Positions 1 through 10,197 of a stretch of DNA of 40,053 nucleotides are shown piece by piece (position 1 is the first letter of the stretch; each line of letters opens with the position of its first letter). The notes below the pieces were generated by a model. The model saw only the letters and a program-made list of their open reading frames with translations, had not been told where the DNA came from and did no database searches. Source of the stretch: Chrysochromulina tobinii. Taxonomy: Eukaryota. A program made the translations under genes and the position numbers. The DNA lies in NCBI GenBank assembly GCA_001275005.1, contig JWZX01003375.1, forward strand, positions 1-40,053. Direction: 5' to 3'.

Positions 1-43
1 CCTGGACGCGACCAACGGCGCCGAGATTGTCGACTACGAGTGA
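1..43 (+). CDS. 3' end of a gene running in from the left edge (...LDATNGAEIVDYE*)
   Basis: Open GC3-rich frame from base 2 ending in TGA at 41-43; too short to assign a function. Confidence 0.4.
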   Translation, partial: LDATNGAEIVDYE

Positions 44-746
44 GCGCCGCCTCCCACGCAGTGGCGAGGCTCTGCCCTGAGGGACCGTCCTCTGAGAGGC
101 GCTCGATTGGGTGCACACATGCTCGGCTGTCCCTGGCACGGCATGATGGGCGGCTATTGGTGCAGGAGGAGATGGCATGTGCGGGTCAGTGCGCGCGCTG
201 TGCGGGTCGGGTGAACTTGAATGCATCGATCGTGACGAAACGGCAGGTGCCGTGGCTGCAGTCCCGGAGTGTGCAGACGCACGCTTGATACGGTTTTACT
301 ACGGTAGTATAAGAACAAAATATTACACGAAAAGCACCGCGGGCGGGCCGCGCGAGCACGGGCCACGACCGGACCGCGACCGCCGGCGCCGGCTGGCCTA
401 GCTACCACGCGCGTGTCCGCCCCCCGCGCCCCGGGGGGCGCCGCGCGAGCCGCCGGACCCCGCGGGCCGCGCGCGGCGGACTGCTGGGCGGCGGCGAGCC
501 CGGCGGACCCGCGTCGAGATGCAGTTGCAGATGATGAACGGGATTGTGATTCTGCGTATTGGCATGCGAATAGGATATTCACACCGGTCACCGCCGGTAA
601 CCGCCGTCCACCGCCCCCACGCGGCCGCCGCGTCTGGCACAGGTCTCCAGTGCAAAGATTGGCGTTCGTCGTTCGACCGGATGGTCTAGGTCAGACGCGG
701 TGGCAATCTGGCAAAGCCGCAAGCGGAAAGGTCCAAGGGTGGCGCA

Positions 747-1305
747 CTACTTCTTGCTGGCGCGGGCCTCGCTTAGGAATTCGTCCAGCCCAAACGGATC
801 GGCGGCACTCTCCTGTTCAAACTCGACCGGCCGACCTCCTCCTCCTCCTCCGCCGCCGCCTCCTTTCGCGCCCTCGAAACCGCGATCTCCCGCGCGATCT
901 CCCGGCTGGAAGCGCGCCGCCTTGCTCACACGCTCCATTGCAGCTGCCTCGTCACTCCAACCATCGTCTGCCGTTGAGCGCGACGGACGGTAGATCGCTT
1001 CGGCTGCGGCTCCCCCTTTGAATAAAGCCTTGTCGTAGATGTTGTACGCGTCGTCCTCGCCCGTGAAGCCAGAGGCCACGCCCGCGCTCTGGTTGAACAG
1101 CCGTTGGTCGTACAGCGTCTCGCTCGATGTCGGAGCTGCTTGTCCGAGAGCGATCCGCTCCGAGATATCGCGCTCCTCCTCACGACCTCCTTTGGAGCGC
1201 TTGCCGTCGCGCGTCTCGAGGCGACGCTCACGCTCTCTCTCGCGCTTGCGCTCGCGGCGCAGCTCCTCGCGCTCCCGCTCGCCCTCGTCCTCAAACTCGC
1301 CGCGC

Positions 1306-1348
<43 letters not shown>

Positions 1349-2411
1349 ACTCGCCCTCTCCGTAGTCTCCGTCACTATTGCCAGGAGGTGCCGTCGAGCG
1401 AGGCGGTGGCGGCGGCGGCGGCGGCGGTGCGGCATGACGCTCCTCCCGAGCCCTCTGTGCGAGCAGGCGCAGCTCGTCCTCCTTGCTCTCCTTCTCCTTG
1501 GCCGCGATCCGCTTCTGGATGTGCGCGCGCTTCTCCACTTCTTCGCGTGCGCTCCGCTCCGCCACATAGAGCGACTCAGAGAGCTTCGCAAAGTTGTCCG
1601 AGATTTGCACCTCCTGCATGTTGCGACCGTCGGCGGCGAGGCGCTTGTCGAGCGGGATGGTGTACCCCTTGAGGTTCTTCCAGTTCGAGATGCACGGTGG
1701 GATCTTCCAGTCCTGCTGGTCTTGCACCGTGATCTTGCGCGGCGGCGAGTGCATCACCGGCGCAGGCGGCGAGGGAGGCCCGCGAGGAACACGCTTGTGC
1801 TTAAACTTGGGCGGCTCCATCGGGTCCACAGGCGCCTCCACCATCCGGATGACGCGATTCGTCGCACCCGACGCCTGCGCCCCCCCCGCTGAGCTCGACT
1901 GGTACCGGATGTAGGTCGGCTCCTTCTTATCTGCGAGCGCACGCTCGAGAGAGCCGTGCACGCCCTCGGCCTTACCCTTGACCATCGCCTCGAGCGCGAG
2001 GCGCGTGCGCTCACTGTTTTCGGCGGCCACCTGATCGGAGGGCTTCTCGAGCTGCTCCGCTGAGAGCTGCTTGGCCGTCAGCGCATCCTTTGTCGAGTGG
2101 ACGACCTTGCCCTCGCGCTGGCCAACTGTGGCGATAACGTCGTGCCGCGCCTTACCCGCCGCATCTGTCGTGAGCGCGAGAGTCTGCGAAGCCGACTGGC
2201 CTTTGCGCCCCATTCCAAGCGGGTACTGGGCGACGTGCACCTCTGGGAATGCACCGCCACCTCCAAAGTCGGCCAGCGACCGCGGGATCCATCCCTTGCG
2301 TTGGCCCTGCGGCGGTGGCTTCACGACCGGTCGTGGAGGCGCCATCGCCGATGGATCCTCCGCCTCGGGCTCCTCCACGTGTTTCGGCAAAGGCAAGGTC
2401 AGGCCCATCAT
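747..2411 (-). CDS. SNW1: SNW domain spliceosomal protein (SKIP/Prp45)
   Basis: Hallmark motifs DFGGGGAFPEVHVAQYPLGMG, DPMEPPKFKHKRVPRGPPSPPAPVMHSPPRK, WKIPPCISNWKN.KGYTIPLDKRLAADGR, RDISERIALG, YDQRLFNQ and C-terminal DPFGLDEFL. First ATG at 2411; intronless. Confidence 0.97.
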
Positions 2412-2942
2412 GTTCGACACGCGCCGGAGCGTGCAGGATCACGCCTGGCGGCGGCGAGAGACTGCGGGCGCGGACGACGTGAACACGCACTCGTCTTCCC
2501 ACAGCCCGAGGTCGCAGAATTGCTCCACAGCCAAGTGTCTTGATGTGCATCCCCTAGAGTTCCAAATTACATGGTCACTCACATCGGTGTAGGAAGCATT
2601 CGATTTCCCTGGTTAGTCGAATTCAAGTTGGGTGATTTCTTGGAGCTTCGAAACGACTCAAAAAATCTTTCCGGATTTGGAGTTCTGATCTCCGCGGCGA
2701 CTCCGCGGGGTTGTGCAGCCGCACTGCAGCCTCCCGGGTAGGGACCGTGGGCAGACATAAGGGCCGCTCGCATCACGAGTCAGCGCGCCAAGCTTCGTGG
2801 AGTCGAGGCACCCGATCGCCGTGTCAGTCATGACGAAGAAGAATACTCATGACGACGACGCCGTGACCCTCTAGGGCGTTCAACGCCAAGAGAGCGCAGA
2901 GGATGCTCGTCGGATGGCAACGGAAACGGAAGCCCTCCACTG

Positions 2943-4484
2943 TTGACCTCACCGTGCTATGGTGCATCCTTACTGGATGCATCAGAGCGTGCCGCAAGCT
3001 CAAGCTCCGATACTTGGGGTACCAGCGGGGCCCAACGCCTCAGCAAGGACGGCGAGAACAAGGTTGAGCGCACATCGAGCAAAATGCGCTTGGCTGTGCG
3101 CATGATCTCGATGAATCACAAGAAGCTGCTCGTGCTTGTGTGCTCAAACATAGCGAACTTGTGCTGCCACGCAGTCTACTCGGTGCTTGCATCCTTCTTC
3201 CCACAGCAGGCAGCAGCGAAGGGCATGAGCGAAGACTTGGTCGGCGTCGTATTTTCAATCTTTGCTGGCATCATGTTTGTGGTCTCGCCTGTTGCGGGCA
3301 TACTGATGCAGCAGCGCGGCAAGGTCTGGGTGTATCTGTGCGGGCTTGGAATCGTCTCTATTTCAACAATGCTCTTCGCAGCGGCCACTTTTGTGCCGGA
3401 GGGCTGGCCTTTTGCGGTGTGGTGCCTCTCGATGCGAATAGCTCAGGGCGTGGGTGCGGCGTTGGAGGAGACGGCCATGTATGCGATCATCGCGGAGCTC
3501 GATGCTGAGAATATCACCTTCTATCTCGGCATCTGCGAGATTTCGACCGGCTTGGGGTACATGATCGGACCGCCGCTTGGTGGCATCCTCTTCATGGCAG
3601 GCGGCTTCTCGTTGCCTTTTGTTTGCGTGGGTGCCCTCATCGCTCCCGCAGCGTTGATCTTCTACCGTTCCATGCCGAACGACGCCCACCCCGTCAGCAA
3701 GGACCAAGAGCGCGTCGAGCCCGTCGCTACGCGCAGCCTTCTGGTGAACCCACAGGAGCCCGTCGCTATGCGCAGCCTTCTGGCGAACCCACACGTGATC
3801 GTCATAGCGGTCGCAGCGATGCTCGGCAACTCGGACTATGCCTTCCTCGAGCCAACGCTTGGCGAGCATGCATTGAACCTCGGGCTTGCGAAAACCCCTG
3901 ATGCCATAGGAGCACTCTTCTCGGTGACGATTGTCGCCTACACGTTGTCATGCCCGGTGATCGGTCTCCTGGCAAAGCGCGAACGGATGGGCCCGCGCGC
4001 TGTCATCGTCATCGGCCTGGTCTTTCAGCTCTTCGGCTTCTTGCTGGTCGGGCCCTCGCCGCTGCTGCAGCAGGAGCAAATGGGCATGCCGCAGATGGTC
4101 CTGGCCCTGTTACTCTTTGGAGTGGGAGCGGCGATGTCCATGACGCCGTTGATGGATGATATCATGCTCTCGTGCAGGAGGCATGCGGAGGAGGCCTCCG
4201 TCGCCATCGCGCCGCTCATCATGTCCTCGTTTGCTTTGGGGCAGATGATCGGACCCCTGATCGGCGCCTCCGCGTCAGGGCGAATGGGGTTCCCTTGGGC
4301 GTGCACGCTCATGGCCTCCTTACTGCTGGCTCACCTCGCGGTCATCGCCATCGTGTCTGCCGTCCGGCCAAGAAAGGCCATGAAGAATCGAGCGTACGTC
4401 GGGGTGGAGCTGGCATCGGTGACGGTGTCAGTGGTCGCTTCGCCCGAATCTGGTGCGGCGCGGTGCCTTTCGCATGTGGCATGA
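2943..4484 (+). CDS. MFS transporter (SLC18B1/vesicular amine transporter-like)
   Basis: About 12 hydrophobic segments with motifs RIAQGVGAA, GLGYMIGPPLGG, FLEPTL and LGQMIGPLIG. Start is uncertain: first in-frame ATG at 3084, or ATG 2914 if a 1-bp frameshift near 2937 is an error. Confidence 0.88.
   Translation: MTSPCYGASLLDASERAASSSSDTWGTSGAQRLSKDGENKVERTSSKMRLAVRMISMNHKKLLVLVCSNIANLCCHAVYSVLASFFPQQAAAKGMSEDLVGVVFSIFAGIMFVVSPVAGILMQQRGKVWVYLCGLGIVSISTMLFAAATFVPEGWPFAVWCLSMRIAQGVGAALEETAMYAIIAELDAENITFYLGICEISTGLGYMIGPPLGGILFMAGGFSLPFVCVGALIAPAALIFYRSMPNDAHPVSKDQERVEPVATRSLLVNPQEPVAMRSLLANPHVIVIAVAAMLGNSDYAFLEPTLGEHALNLGLAKTPDAIGALFSVTIVAYTLSCPVIGLLAKRERMGPRAVIVIGLVFQLFGFLLVGPSPLLQQEQMGMPQMVLALLLFGVGAAMSMTPLMDDIMLSCRRHAEEASVAIAPLIMSSFALGQMIGPLIGASASGRMGFPWACTLMASLLLAHLAVIAIVSAVRPRKAMKNRAYVGVELASVTVSVVASPESGAARCLSHVA
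3717..3794 (+). repeat. 39-bp in-frame tandem duplication in the MFS central loop
   Basis: EPVATRSLLVNPQ / EPVAMRSLLANPH. Confidence 0.85.
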
Positions 4485-4678
4485 CCTCCTCATCATGCCG
4501 CCGTTTAGAACAGCCATAGAAATTCTCAAGTTCGGCGTTTCTCGCTCGTCAAGCGGCTCTTGCCGCCGCCGCCATTGTGATACGTAAGTCAGCCCAAACA
4601 TGCCCAATGTGTCGAAGTTCGAAACGTGCGTCGCAAAAGTGACGAAGCGCCTCCAAGAACACGCGCGCCCTCACGACG

Positions 4679-6208
4679 ATGTTCACGACCGTCTTGACTC
4701 GACGCCTGCCAGCGGCCGCTCTGCGCCAAATACGCCGCTCCTTGGCCTCCGGCGCCCCTGCCGACACCAGCACCCTCTATGGAAGAATGATGGCCTCTAA
4801 CCCTCTCCTGACCTCCGCCTTGACGGGCAGCATGCTCTGGTCATCTGGGGATCTGGTGGCACAGTTCCTGGAGGTCAAAGGAGCCGGGACACACGAGCAG
4901 CATATTGGCGGCTCTCACGCGTCCGAGGACGACTTTGGCACCGGCGTTCCTATCATCGCAGCCGACTCTCCCAAGACGTTTGACCCGAAACGTACCGCCG
5001 GCACCGTGGTGCACGGAGCTGCGGTTGGTGGCGTGGGCACCTATCTGTGGTACAACTTTCTGGACGGCGTGGTGCGCGGAGCCATGCGCCTCACTCCTGG
5101 CGGGCTGCCTTTCGTGGGCGCGAAGCTCGGGCTTGAAATCGCAATCTGGCATCCCACGTCTCTGTTAGCCTACTGGACGATCTGTGGCACAGCTCAGGGC
5201 CACTCATTTGAGAAGATCCTGCGCGAGCTGCGCGACTCATTCGTCTCGACGCTCGTGGGCGACGCGATCTTCTGGACGCCGGTCGACATCCTGTGCTTTT
5301 GGAAGGTCCCTGTGGGACTCCAGACGCTCTTTGCCAACGCGGGCTGCTTCGTCGAGTCGATCGCTCTCTCGTACGTCCACGACCATGGTTTCGACCTCTT
5401 CGCCTTAGTTAAACCCGTCGCGTCAGTTGCGCCAGTTTCGTCCGTCGCGCCCCCCACGCCTCAGGCTCTCTCCTTCACGGGCGCCTCTCCCCTGAAGGGG
5501 GCTCCCCTCAAATCAGACGAGCTCAATCGACTTCAACTGCCGATCAGAAGCGAAGGATGGCACCGGGAGTCACTTGGGCTGACCCCAGAATGCGGACATC
5601 GAGCGTTTGATGACCCCAAAGACTTGATCGCAGAGCCTCCCTCCGCCGCCGTGGCCAAGTTCGCTGGAGTCTCGAGCCTTGCTCGGAGCTTCGCCTCCTT
5701 CGGCTCACGTGTCGACGCCGTCGTCGCCGGTGCGTCGTCGCAGTTCGACGCGCTCGATCAAGATCGTAACGGCCGCCTCACGTTGAAGGAGTTGCAGGCC
5801 GCGCAGGGCAGCTTGCCAGGGGTGCAGGATCAGGTCGTAGGCGCGGTGATGATGCGCCTCATTAGCCGTCGACTCTTGGCCACGAAGCCTAATCGGGGCG
5901 AAGGGGCGGCGGCGGAGCTGTACATGTCGAAGACGGAGTACTTGCGCATGCTCGACGCGCTTCACACTACGGGATACCGCAAATCGCGGCTGGCAGACGT
6001 CGTCTTCGCCATGTTCGATGAGAACGAGGACGGGCAGATTGACGTACGTGAGCTCCGGAACTTGCTGTGCGTCGTGACAGGGAAGGAGCCGAAAGGGAAG
6101 CTGGTGGAGGACATCCTGAAGGCCGCGGACACGGACACGAACCGCAAGCTCAGCAAGGCAGAATTCTTCGCCTTGATGCAGCAGATGCAACTCAGTGTCA
6201 GGCTCTGA
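4679..6208 (+). CDS. Mpv17/PMP22 family membrane protein with C-terminal EF-hands, probable mitochondrial presequence
   Basis: Arg-rich, acid-free N-terminus. Mpv17-like NPLLTSALTG..LWSSGDLVAQ, FDPKRT, WYNFLD, FWTPVDILCFWKVP. EF-hand loops DQDRNGRLTLKE, DENEDGQIDVRE, DTDTNRKLSKAE. Confidence 0.88.
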   Translation: MFTTVLTRRLPAAALRQIRRSLASGAPADTSTLYGRMMASNPLLTSALTGSMLWSSGDLVAQFLEVKGAGTHEQHIGGSHASEDDFGTGVPIIAADSPKTFDPKRTAGTVVHGAAVGGVGTYLWYNFLDGVVRGAMRLTPGGLPFVGAKLGLEIAIWHPTSLLAYWTICGTAQGHSFEKILRELRDSFVSTLVGDAIFWTPVDILCFWKVPVGLQTLFANAGCFVESIALSYVHDHGFDLFALVKPVASVAPVSSVAPPTPQALSFTGASPLKGAPLKSDELNRLQLPIRSEGWHRESLGLTPECGHRAFDDPKDLIAEPPSAAVAKFAGVSSLARSFASFGSRVDAVVAGASSQFDALDQDRNGRLTLKELQAAQGSLPGVQDQVVGAVMMRLISRRLLATKPNRGEGAAAELYMSKTEYLRMLDALHTTGYRKSRLADVVFAMFDENEDGQIDVRELRNLLCVVTGKEPKGKLVEDILKAADTDTNRKLSKAEFFALMQQMQLSVRL

Positions 6209-6529
6209 GTCTTGTATACTGCGAACACTGAAAATCCATGCTGAAAATCTATGGGACTTGGGTGGAGTGTGGGCTGTGGGGTGTTGGGAGTTCAAATTCG
6301 ATCAAATCAGAACTCCTATTGTCAAAGGAACGACCTTATCAACTGTGAGTGGTGCCTTCTTACGCAACGCAAGCTCCGGCCAAACCCGTTTCACAGGACT
6401 CTTGGCACCCACCTGTGAACAAGGCTCTCTGTCTGCATGTGTCTCACGGCTGGCCTGTATTTCATTGTACTGTATTCTCTTCACGGCTCCGTTGTTTACG
6501 TGTTGTGTGTATTAAAACTGAACACCGAT

Positions 6530-9500
6530 ATGGCACCCCCTTCACGGAGAATGGTGCGCTCGTTGATGCCGACACCGATGAGCGCCGACCAGTTGGATGC
6601 CGTGATCGCACTCTATCATCACGTGCTGCCCTCGATGACGCTCCGCTTTTTGCGCACCTTTCTCACGAAGCCGGACGTCAGAACGCTCGTGCTGCTGCTG
6701 CCAGAGGACGTCGACAGCATCGCGAACGACGACGACGACTCCATCGAGGCGGTGAGTGATGATGACGAGGAGGATGGCGCTGAAGACGACGAAGCGGACG
6801 GCGAAGACGGCGACGAGGATGAGGCGGATGGCAAGGACGCTCTCGCCCCCGCCGCTTCGGATGCGCTGACGCCCGAGGAGGCTGCCGCGCGCTGCGAGCA
6901 ACGACGCCTCGAACGTCGACGGCTCGCGGGAGCACTGAGCTACGAGCAGGGCGAGCACTTTGGGCAGCACTTGGTCCAGGTGAGCTTGCTCGGCTGCCGG
7001 CTGCGCTACCAGAAGCTTGGGGTGGGCTCCCGCTTGGTGGGCACGTTGCTCAAGGGCGAGGCGACGGCCGAGCGGCCTGAGGCGGGCATTGTGTGGGCGG
7101 ATACGGGGGCGATCCCCTTCTTCCGTCGGCATGGCTTCAACGACGACCCGATCCTGTGCTCTCGATACCGCGAGATTGTGGCGCCATGGGCGCGCTCGAC
7201 CTTGATGAGCGTGCAGCTGGCACCACCCATCCCCGACCTCGCAGCCGGCGCTGGCGCGAGCGCGGCGGCGGCTGCCTGGGTCGCGGCGGAGCCGTTGGGC
7301 GAGCAGGTGCGTTGATTGCCACTGATGATCCGCCTTGCATGCACGTGCTCACCACGGCGCTGGCGGAGCCGTTGGGCGTGCAGCTCGCGGCATGGCGGCA
7401 CGCACGTCTGCTCGAGTACTCTCGGGAGCTTGCCCTCATCGAGCGCTTCCACACCGAAGTGAGATCGCTCCGAGATAAGGTGAGGCTGATGATTGCTCGA
7501 TGGCCTTCCGCGTGGGGCCTTCCTCGCTCACGACGGCGCCTTCCTCGGTGCCTGCGGATGGGCCCTCGCGCTCGCCCTCGATTGCATGCACGCGAGCCTG
7601 CCCTCGATTGCATGCACGCGAGCCTGCCCTCGATTGCATGCACGCGAGCCTGCCCTCGATTGCATGCACGCGAGCCTGCCCTCGATTGCGGGGATGCTCT
7701 GATGGCTACTGATGCTCACTGATGACTGCATGCAGGTGAGCCTGCAGCAGGGCCACATCGCGGCACTGCAGGCGGAGAATACCAAGCTAAAGCGAGAGAA
7801 GACGGCCCTCCAGCAAGACTTTGATGAGTACAGGCACACTGCCGAGCGTCGTGCCGAGCGTCATGATGCCGTGAGTACTGCCGAGCGCGCCGCGGGCCGT
7901 CTCGCGCATAACGACGACGACATCCAGAGAAACGACGAGGGCGGCGCGGCTCCTTCAGTCGGAATGGGCGCCGTCTCGGGCGCGGCTCCTTTGGTCGGTA
8001 TGGGCGCCGTCTCGGGCGCGGCTCCTTTGGTCGGTTTAGGCGCCGTCTCGGGCGCGGCTCCTCGGTCCGGCTTGGGCGAGACGCGCGACGCTGCCACGCT
8101 CCAGCACGGGCCGTTGCAGGCGCTGCTGCTGCCGCTGCCGAGCCGGGCAGAGCCGGACTCGCCCGCGCGCTCTTCACAGCCGTCCTCGGCCCATTCACAG
8201 CCGCACTCCGGCTCTTGTGCCTCACCTTCGGCCTCGCCGCTAGCGCGCCGTGTCGAGCGCTGGGCTGGCTCGCCCTCGCGCTCAAGTGTGCCCGAGCTGA
8301 CGCACGAGCAGCTGCAGCTCGAGCTGAGCAAGGCGAGTGCCTCTGATGGCCCCTGATGACCTTCTGATGACCTTCTGATGACCTTCTGATGACCTTCTGA
8401 TGACCTCTGATGACCTCTGATGGCCTCTTATGGCCTCTTATGGCCATTGATTTCCTCTAATCGCCTCTGAGTGTCTCTGATGACATCTGATGACCTCTTA
8501 TGACCACCTACGACCTCTTTTGACCTTCTGATGACCTATGATGTCCTCTGATGACCTCTGATGACCTCTGATGACCTTTGATGACCTTTGATGACCTCTG
8601 ATGACCTCTGATGACCTCTGACGACCTCTGACGACCTCTGATGACCTCTGACGACCTCTGATGACCTCTGATGACCTCTGATGGCCTCTGATGGCCTCTG
8701 ATGGACTCTGATGGCCTCTGATGGCCACTGATGACCTCTGATGGCCACTGATGACCTCTGATGACCTCTGATGACCTCTATTGACCTCCGCTCGCCTCCA
8801 TGATTGCCCCATTCATCAGGTCAAGCCACAATCTGCACAGCCGAGCTCCGGGCTCGTGTTGCGTGAGTGGCGCGCGTTGACGCCAGAGCGAACGCGCAGC
8901 CTTCGCCTTCAGTTCGATGCATGCCGCGCAAGGTGAGTGCCACTGATGAGCCGTGATGACCATTGATGGCCTCCCTCATCAAGGTGAGTGCCACTGATGA
9001 GCCGTGATGGCATCGGATGGCCACGGACGGCCACGAACGGCCTACGAAGTGCCACTGATAGCGCCCTCCATCGGACGCATGCATGCGCTAGGCTTCATGA
9101 GCCCGCCGCGCCACTGATTGCCACTGATTGCCACTGATAGCGCCCTCCATCGGACGCATGCATGCGCTAGGCTTCATGAGCCCGCCGCGCCCGCCCTTCG
9201 GCTCTTCTACGGCGGCCCACGCGCCGAGCTGGAGCGAGTGCTCCTGGATGGCTTCGATAAGGTTCCAGTGGACCCACACGACGTGACCATCTATGGGCGC
9301 GGCTGGTACTTCTCCAAGTGAGCTGATGGTCGCTGAGTGCCGCCGAGTGCCGCCGCCGAGTGTTGCCGAGTGCCACACCGAGCGCCTCCGAGCGCCCTTT
9401 GAGTGCCTCTGAGTGCCTCCGAGTGCCTCTGAGTGCCCTCCGAGTGCCCTCTGAGTGCCCTCTGATTGCCTCCCTCATCAGGTATGCGGCGCATGCGCAC

Positions 9501-9755
9501 CACTACACCGCCGGCGGGTGCTGCCTGCTCCTCGCCGACGTGGCCGTTGGAAACGTCGAGACTGTGGTACGGCGGGACGCGGCGCGCGGCGCGCCGTCCG
9601 CCGGTTTCGATTCGATCGTCATCCCCGGGCGCAAGCTGCCTTCCCAGAGCGGTCCAGGCGGGGGGCGGGAGATGAATGAGGAGTACGTCATCTTCGACGG
9701 ATCGCAGGCGGTGCCGCTCAGCCTGCTGTTCTACGAGCCCGAGGATCAAAACTGA
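6530..9755 (+). CDS. 6-exon gene: GCN5-like GNAT acetyltransferase + coiled coil + PARP-like catalytic domain. Exons 6530-7306, 7384-7479, 7736-8332, 8820-8932, 9171-9317, 9482-9755; 667 aa
   Basis: Manual splicing at GT/GC-AG sites gives one open frame of 2004 nt. GNAT motifs VLPSM..FL, YQKLGVGSRL, WADTGAIPFFRRHGF. PARP motifs LFYGG, IYGRGWYFS, LLLADVAVG, FDSI, NEEYVIFDGSQAVP. Confidence 0.8.
7307..7383 (+). other. Intron 1 of GNAT-PARP gene (GT-AG)
   Basis: GTGCGTTGATTGCCACTGATG...GTGCAG; removes the in-frame TGA and keeps the frame. Confidence 0.8.
7574..7689 (+). repeat. 26-bp minisatellite (GCCCTCGATTGCATGCACGCGAGCCT) x ~4.5 within intron 2 (7480-7735)
   Basis: Perfect units start at 7574, 7600, 7626 and 7652, with a partial unit at 7678. 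Confidence 0.95.
7942..8060 (+). repeat. 36-bp coding tandem repeat (GAAPLVGMGAVS) x3
   Basis: Directly visible in exon 3. Confidence 0.85.
8333..8819 (+). repeat. GC-AG intron 3 made almost entirely of a 10/11-bp CTGATGACCT(T) array
   Basis: Donor AAG|GCGAGTGCCTCTGATG; dozens of CTGATGACCT variants; acceptor GATTGCCCCATTCATCAG|. Confidence 0.9.
8933..9170 (+). other. Intron 4 with internally duplicated donor and acceptor blocks
   Basis: 29-nt donor block at 8930-8958 and 8981-9009; 63-nt acceptor+exon block at 9050-9112 and 9129-9191. Confidence 0.8.
9318..9481 (+). repeat. Intron 5 made of a (C/T)GAGTGCC(C)TC array
   Basis: GTGAGCTGATGG...GAGTGCCTCT repeats...GATTGCCTCCCTCATCAG. Confidence 0.88.
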
Positions 9756-10197
9756 GGATCATCGGACCTTGCGCGAAGGATCAGAACCGAGAGGACGACA
9801 GGACAGGGCATCATGTCATGTCGACATCCGATCGTCAGAACTCACGTGTCGTCGTCTAAGGTCCACCACGGTGACGGTCCGGTCGAGTCGCGCTCGGCTC
9901 AAACATGTTCTGAACCGTACCGTGACGAAAGCCAAAGCGTGAACCGTGCCATGGTGAACCGTGCGTGTCTGATTGAATACGTGTGAATGAGATTGAATTC
10001 AGTAACCACAGTAGCTCGGCTACACCCCGCTCCCATGTGTTACGATCTAAAGTAGCCAGTACGCTCCGCGGATACCACCAACTTTATCGGATTCGGGATC
10101 AGTTCAGCATGGATCACGTGTCTCGGACCGCGGCGCCCGGCATCCCCACCTCCGCCTCGCAGCTGGCCTCCCTCTCGCAGCATAGACCTGAATTCGC

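Noticed and set aside
2560..2780. Possible structured ncRNA or tRNA in the SNW1/MFS spacer
   Set aside because: Only a short CCGCGG hairpin; no cloverleaf or snRNA signature recognised.
8498..8812. ORFs with IRGHQRSSEV repeats on the minus strand
   Set aside because: Antisense translations of the intron 3 decamer array.
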